DNA from: Zootoca vivipara
Lineage: Eukaryota
Reading direction: 5' to 3'
NCBI RefSeq assembly: GCF_963506605.1
Contig: NC_083283.1
Coordinates: 72,850,001-72,914,000 of the forward strand
DNA: 64,000 nt
A model generated the notes under the pieces. The model had not been told where the DNA came from. It did not search any database and saw only the letters and a program-made list of their open reading frames with translations. This document shows, piece by piece, positions 60,831-64,000 of this stretch. The position numbers were made by a program, and so were the translations under genes. Numbering within the stretch: position 1 is the first letter of the stretch; each line of letters begins with the position of its first letter.

Positions 60831-61610
60831 CTTTCATTCCCAATTTTTTGTTTCTTTTAAAACCAGGTTCCTTCAGCTCATAACTTACTTTTTTTTTTTT
60901 TTTATAGAACTGAGCAAGAAAAGTACATATTGCTGAGAGTCTATTTAGGCAGGTTGGCTATACACTTTTATTCTGACAGACCCTTGGTTTTTACTTTGTG
61001 GGGGCCACATTGTTTAATTAACACTTTACTGTCAGTTTGTGGCTATTATCAAAGCAGCAGGGAAATGAATGCCTTACTGTCAATTTGTGACTGTTATTGA
61101 AGCAGCAGAGGGCTTATGTAGGCTTCTTGCACAATGTACAGCCTTGATTTCCCAGGGTTACATATTATACAGGGAAGCTAAACTAGTACAGCAGAGATAG
61201 GGGGTGAGGTAGAGCTCCTACCTACTGACAGATTGGTTTAACCTGGAAGATGAATGCCTAAACAGGATTACTGTGAGCGGGCCAAAGTCATCTCATGATG
61301 TTTGGGGATGACTGAGTCTCTTTAGCACTAGTTTGACACACTAACCACTGTACAACTCTGTCTCTCGCTGAATGAGACACCTTGTGTAGAAGAATCATAT
61401 GCATTTTCTTAAAAAAAGGAAGGAAGGGGGGGACCCTTAATCGGCCAGGGCGGAGCAGGCATTCCTTGAGACCTAACTGGCACTGGTGTCATCTCAGGTT
61501 GGATCTAAACACAGGAAAGAAACACTATAAATAAGCCAGAAATTAGATTGTTCCAACAAAAGAAAGAAAAATTGCTATAGGAAATGTTGTTTTAAACAAT
61601 TCCTGCTCTC

Positions 61611-61628
61611 TGGCGCCATCTGGTGTTG
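61611..61628 (-). promoter_or_regulatory. Candidate CTCF site
   Basis: Minus strand CAACACCAGATGGCGCCA, close to the CCACCAGATGGCGC core. Confidence 0.45.
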
Positions 61629-62086
61629 GATGTTTTAAACGCATTAAACTCATTTACTAATGTAGCTGCGTTCTCTGTCTCCCCTTAGTGTCAGTCCTTG
61701 GCGAGGAAGACCCAGGAATCATTAGGATGCCCCCTCATTTTCTACAGAGAGTTGCTGCCAGTTGGATCCAAAGTAGCACCCCATGTCTCAGCACAAAGGC
61801 ACCATGTTGTCCCCAAGATTAGGAGGGGCAGCATGCAGTGTGTGTGTGTGTGTGTGCGCGCGCAACATCAGACAGGTCTCCTGACACTGCGCAGGCTGGT
61901 GCAGCCTTCTGTGGCATCTCAACGAACCCCCTTCAACATGGGGGACAGATGGACTGGGTCCCATTCAAACAAATATTGAGAGGGCTGAAGACACCTCTGC
62001 CCCCTAGAGTTGGTGTGCCTGTCTCAGGGCATCTTTTTCAGTGCCAAGATGACTGCTGCTAGTCAGCGCAGAAGTATGGCATTATT

Positions 62087-63765
62087 TTATTTTATTTTTG
62101 TGATAATCTTTATTTACTTTACATATTTACAGCCGAATACATTTCACTCACGTCAAATTTTCTTTAACATTATTTTCCAGCAGTAAATAAAAAAAAGAAA
62201 AAAAGGGAGAAGGAAAAAAGGAAAAACGAAAAGAAAAAAGTAACGGGGAAAAAAGAAAAAGAAAAAAATTATTAACTGTAAATCAAATATTAATGCATAT
62301 ATTAAAATGTGGCTTCCACTCTACCTTTGTTTGCCTTTTTGTAAACTACTTTACATTTGCGCGGTTTGTCTTTCTTTATGTTTAAGATTCTGGTTTCATT
62401 ATTATTAATTTCTTCACATATGTACTCAATTTTCTTTCCATGTTTGTGTCATTCCAATTTATACACTATATGCATTTGTAAACTTGTCTTATTATCTAAT
62501 ACATTGTATTTGTTATTCTGCCTGAGTACCAATAAAGAAGTTTAAGCCATGGTTATGAGATTATGTTCGTTTTGCTGAGCTCCTTATGATGTTAATATCC
62601 TATCCATATATTTCAAAATTTTTCCCCATTCTCTTTCACTCGTTTCATTATCTTGGTGTCTTATTTTTGAAGTTAGTCTAGCTACTTGCATGTACTCCAC
62701 CATCTTTTTACGCCAATCCTCTATTGTTGGGATTTTATCCTGCTTCCATACCTGGGCTAAGATCATTCTCGCTCCAGTTGTTGCATAGAGGAAAAGTTTT
62801 ATATCATTTTTCTCTACATCTTCTACCACCATTCCTAAGAGGAAGGCCTCTGGCTTTTTCTTTATTGTATATCTTAAGATCTTTTTTATTTCGTTGTATA
62901 TGTTCTCCCAATAATTCTTTACCTTTTGGCATTTCCACCACATATGGATGAAATCGCCCTCTTGGGTACCACACTTCCAGCATTTTTTATCCCCAGTCTT
63001 AAACAATTTGAACAATTTCATTGGTGTGAAATACCACCTGTACATCATTTTATATAGGTTTTCTTTCAATGATGTACAGGCTGTAAATTTCATTCTCACG
63101 TTCCATAATTTCTGCCATTCTACATAGTCAATGTTGTATCCTAAGTCTATAGCCCATTTAATCATGACGGATTTGGTTTGTTCATCCTTGGTCTTCCACT
63201 CAAGTAAAAATTCGTAGATTTTTGATAGCTTTTTCGTATTATTATCCATTGCTATTTCCTCCAGTATTGTCTTTGATTGCTCAAACCCTTTTGCTCTTCT
63301 ATCCTTTACAAATGAGCTATAGATCTGTTGGTATTCCCACCATCCTTGTACTTTATCTTTTAACTCTTCGTATGTCCTCATCTTAAAAGTATTATCCTCT
63401 GCTGTTATTATGTCCCTGTACTTCAACCAAGTCCTCTCCATATTTAGCTTCTTCACCGATAGGGCCTCTTGCATCGATAACCACCCTGGAGTCTTCCTTT
63501 CAAACCACTCCCTATACCTCAGCCAGACTTCCAGCAGTGGTTTCTTTATGGTATGTTGTGAAAAACCTCTATGAACTTGTGCCTTGTCGCACCACAAGTA
63601 TGCGTGCCAGCCAAATCGGTTTTGAAAGCCTTCGAGATCAAGTAATTCTACATTCTCTAGTTTTATCCAGTCCATTAACCATAAAATACAGGGAGATTCA
63701 TAATACAGGCCAAGGTCTTTTTTGTCCGTTAATATTTTAAATTTTACCCTGGGCTTCTTCCCCTG
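62087..63765 (-). mobile_element. Young 5'-truncated L1-clade LINE
   Basis: 17-bp TSD AGAAGTATGGCATTATT (62070-62086, 63766-63782); A-rich tail; ~500-nt 3'UTR. Confidence 0.93.
62584..63765 (-). pseudogene. L1 ORF2 C-terminal region (post-RT, zinc knuckle), truncated
   Basis: Stop-free for 393 codons from QGKKPRVKFK; CCHC motif CWKC...HMWWKC; RMILAQVWK. Confidence 0.9.
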
Positions 63766-63855
63766 AGAAGTATGGCATTATTATTGGATCCAGTACAGAT
63801 ACATTGGAAATTTTGGTGCATCCTCCCCCCATCACTGTCTATCGCTAAAGCCCCA

Positions 63856-64000
63856 TAAAGGTAAAGGGACCCCTGACCATTAGGTCCAGTCATGGACAAC
63901 CCTGAGGTTGCGATTCTCATCTCGCTTTACTGGCCTAGGGAGTTGGCGTACAGCTTCCGCGTCATGTGGCCAGCATGACTAAGCCGCTTCTGGCGAGCCA
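63856..64000 (-). mobile_element. Sauria SINE 3' part (runs off the window)
   Basis: TAAAGGTAAAGGGACCCCTGACCATTAGGTCCAGTC. Confidence 0.92.

Noticed and set aside
1-64000. CRISPR arrays, operons or prokaryotic defence systems
   Set aside because: Sequence is vertebrate; no regularly spaced repeat-spacer array or gene-dense region.

Overview
Vertebrate genomic DNA, almost certainly from a squamate (Sauria-type SINEs plus Bov-B, CR1, L2, L1 and Penelope; a lacertid lizard is my inference). I see no convincing host protein-coding exon, so this looks like a large intron or gene desert. It is densely filled with transposon fragments, many with readable target-site duplications (TSDs), plus microsatellites and several repeat-free blocks that look like conserved non-coding elements. 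The ORFs with recognisable protein similarity are retroelement remnants: an L1 ORF2 C-terminus, and CR1, L2 and Bov-B ORF ends. Best leads: (1) three divergent solo-LTR-like elements whose first ~400 nt each hold a decayed reading frame with the same layout (acidic/Trp, then PLSPR, then basic RRxxR), a possible LTR-encoded accessory protein; (2) a Penelope inverted repeat carrying a minimal hammerhead-ribozyme core; (3) a Tc1/mariner MITE enclosing a tail-less L2 fragment; (4) a Bov-A-like fusion of the Bov-B 5' and 3' ends nested in a hAT element. Family names come from motif recognition only; no database search was run.
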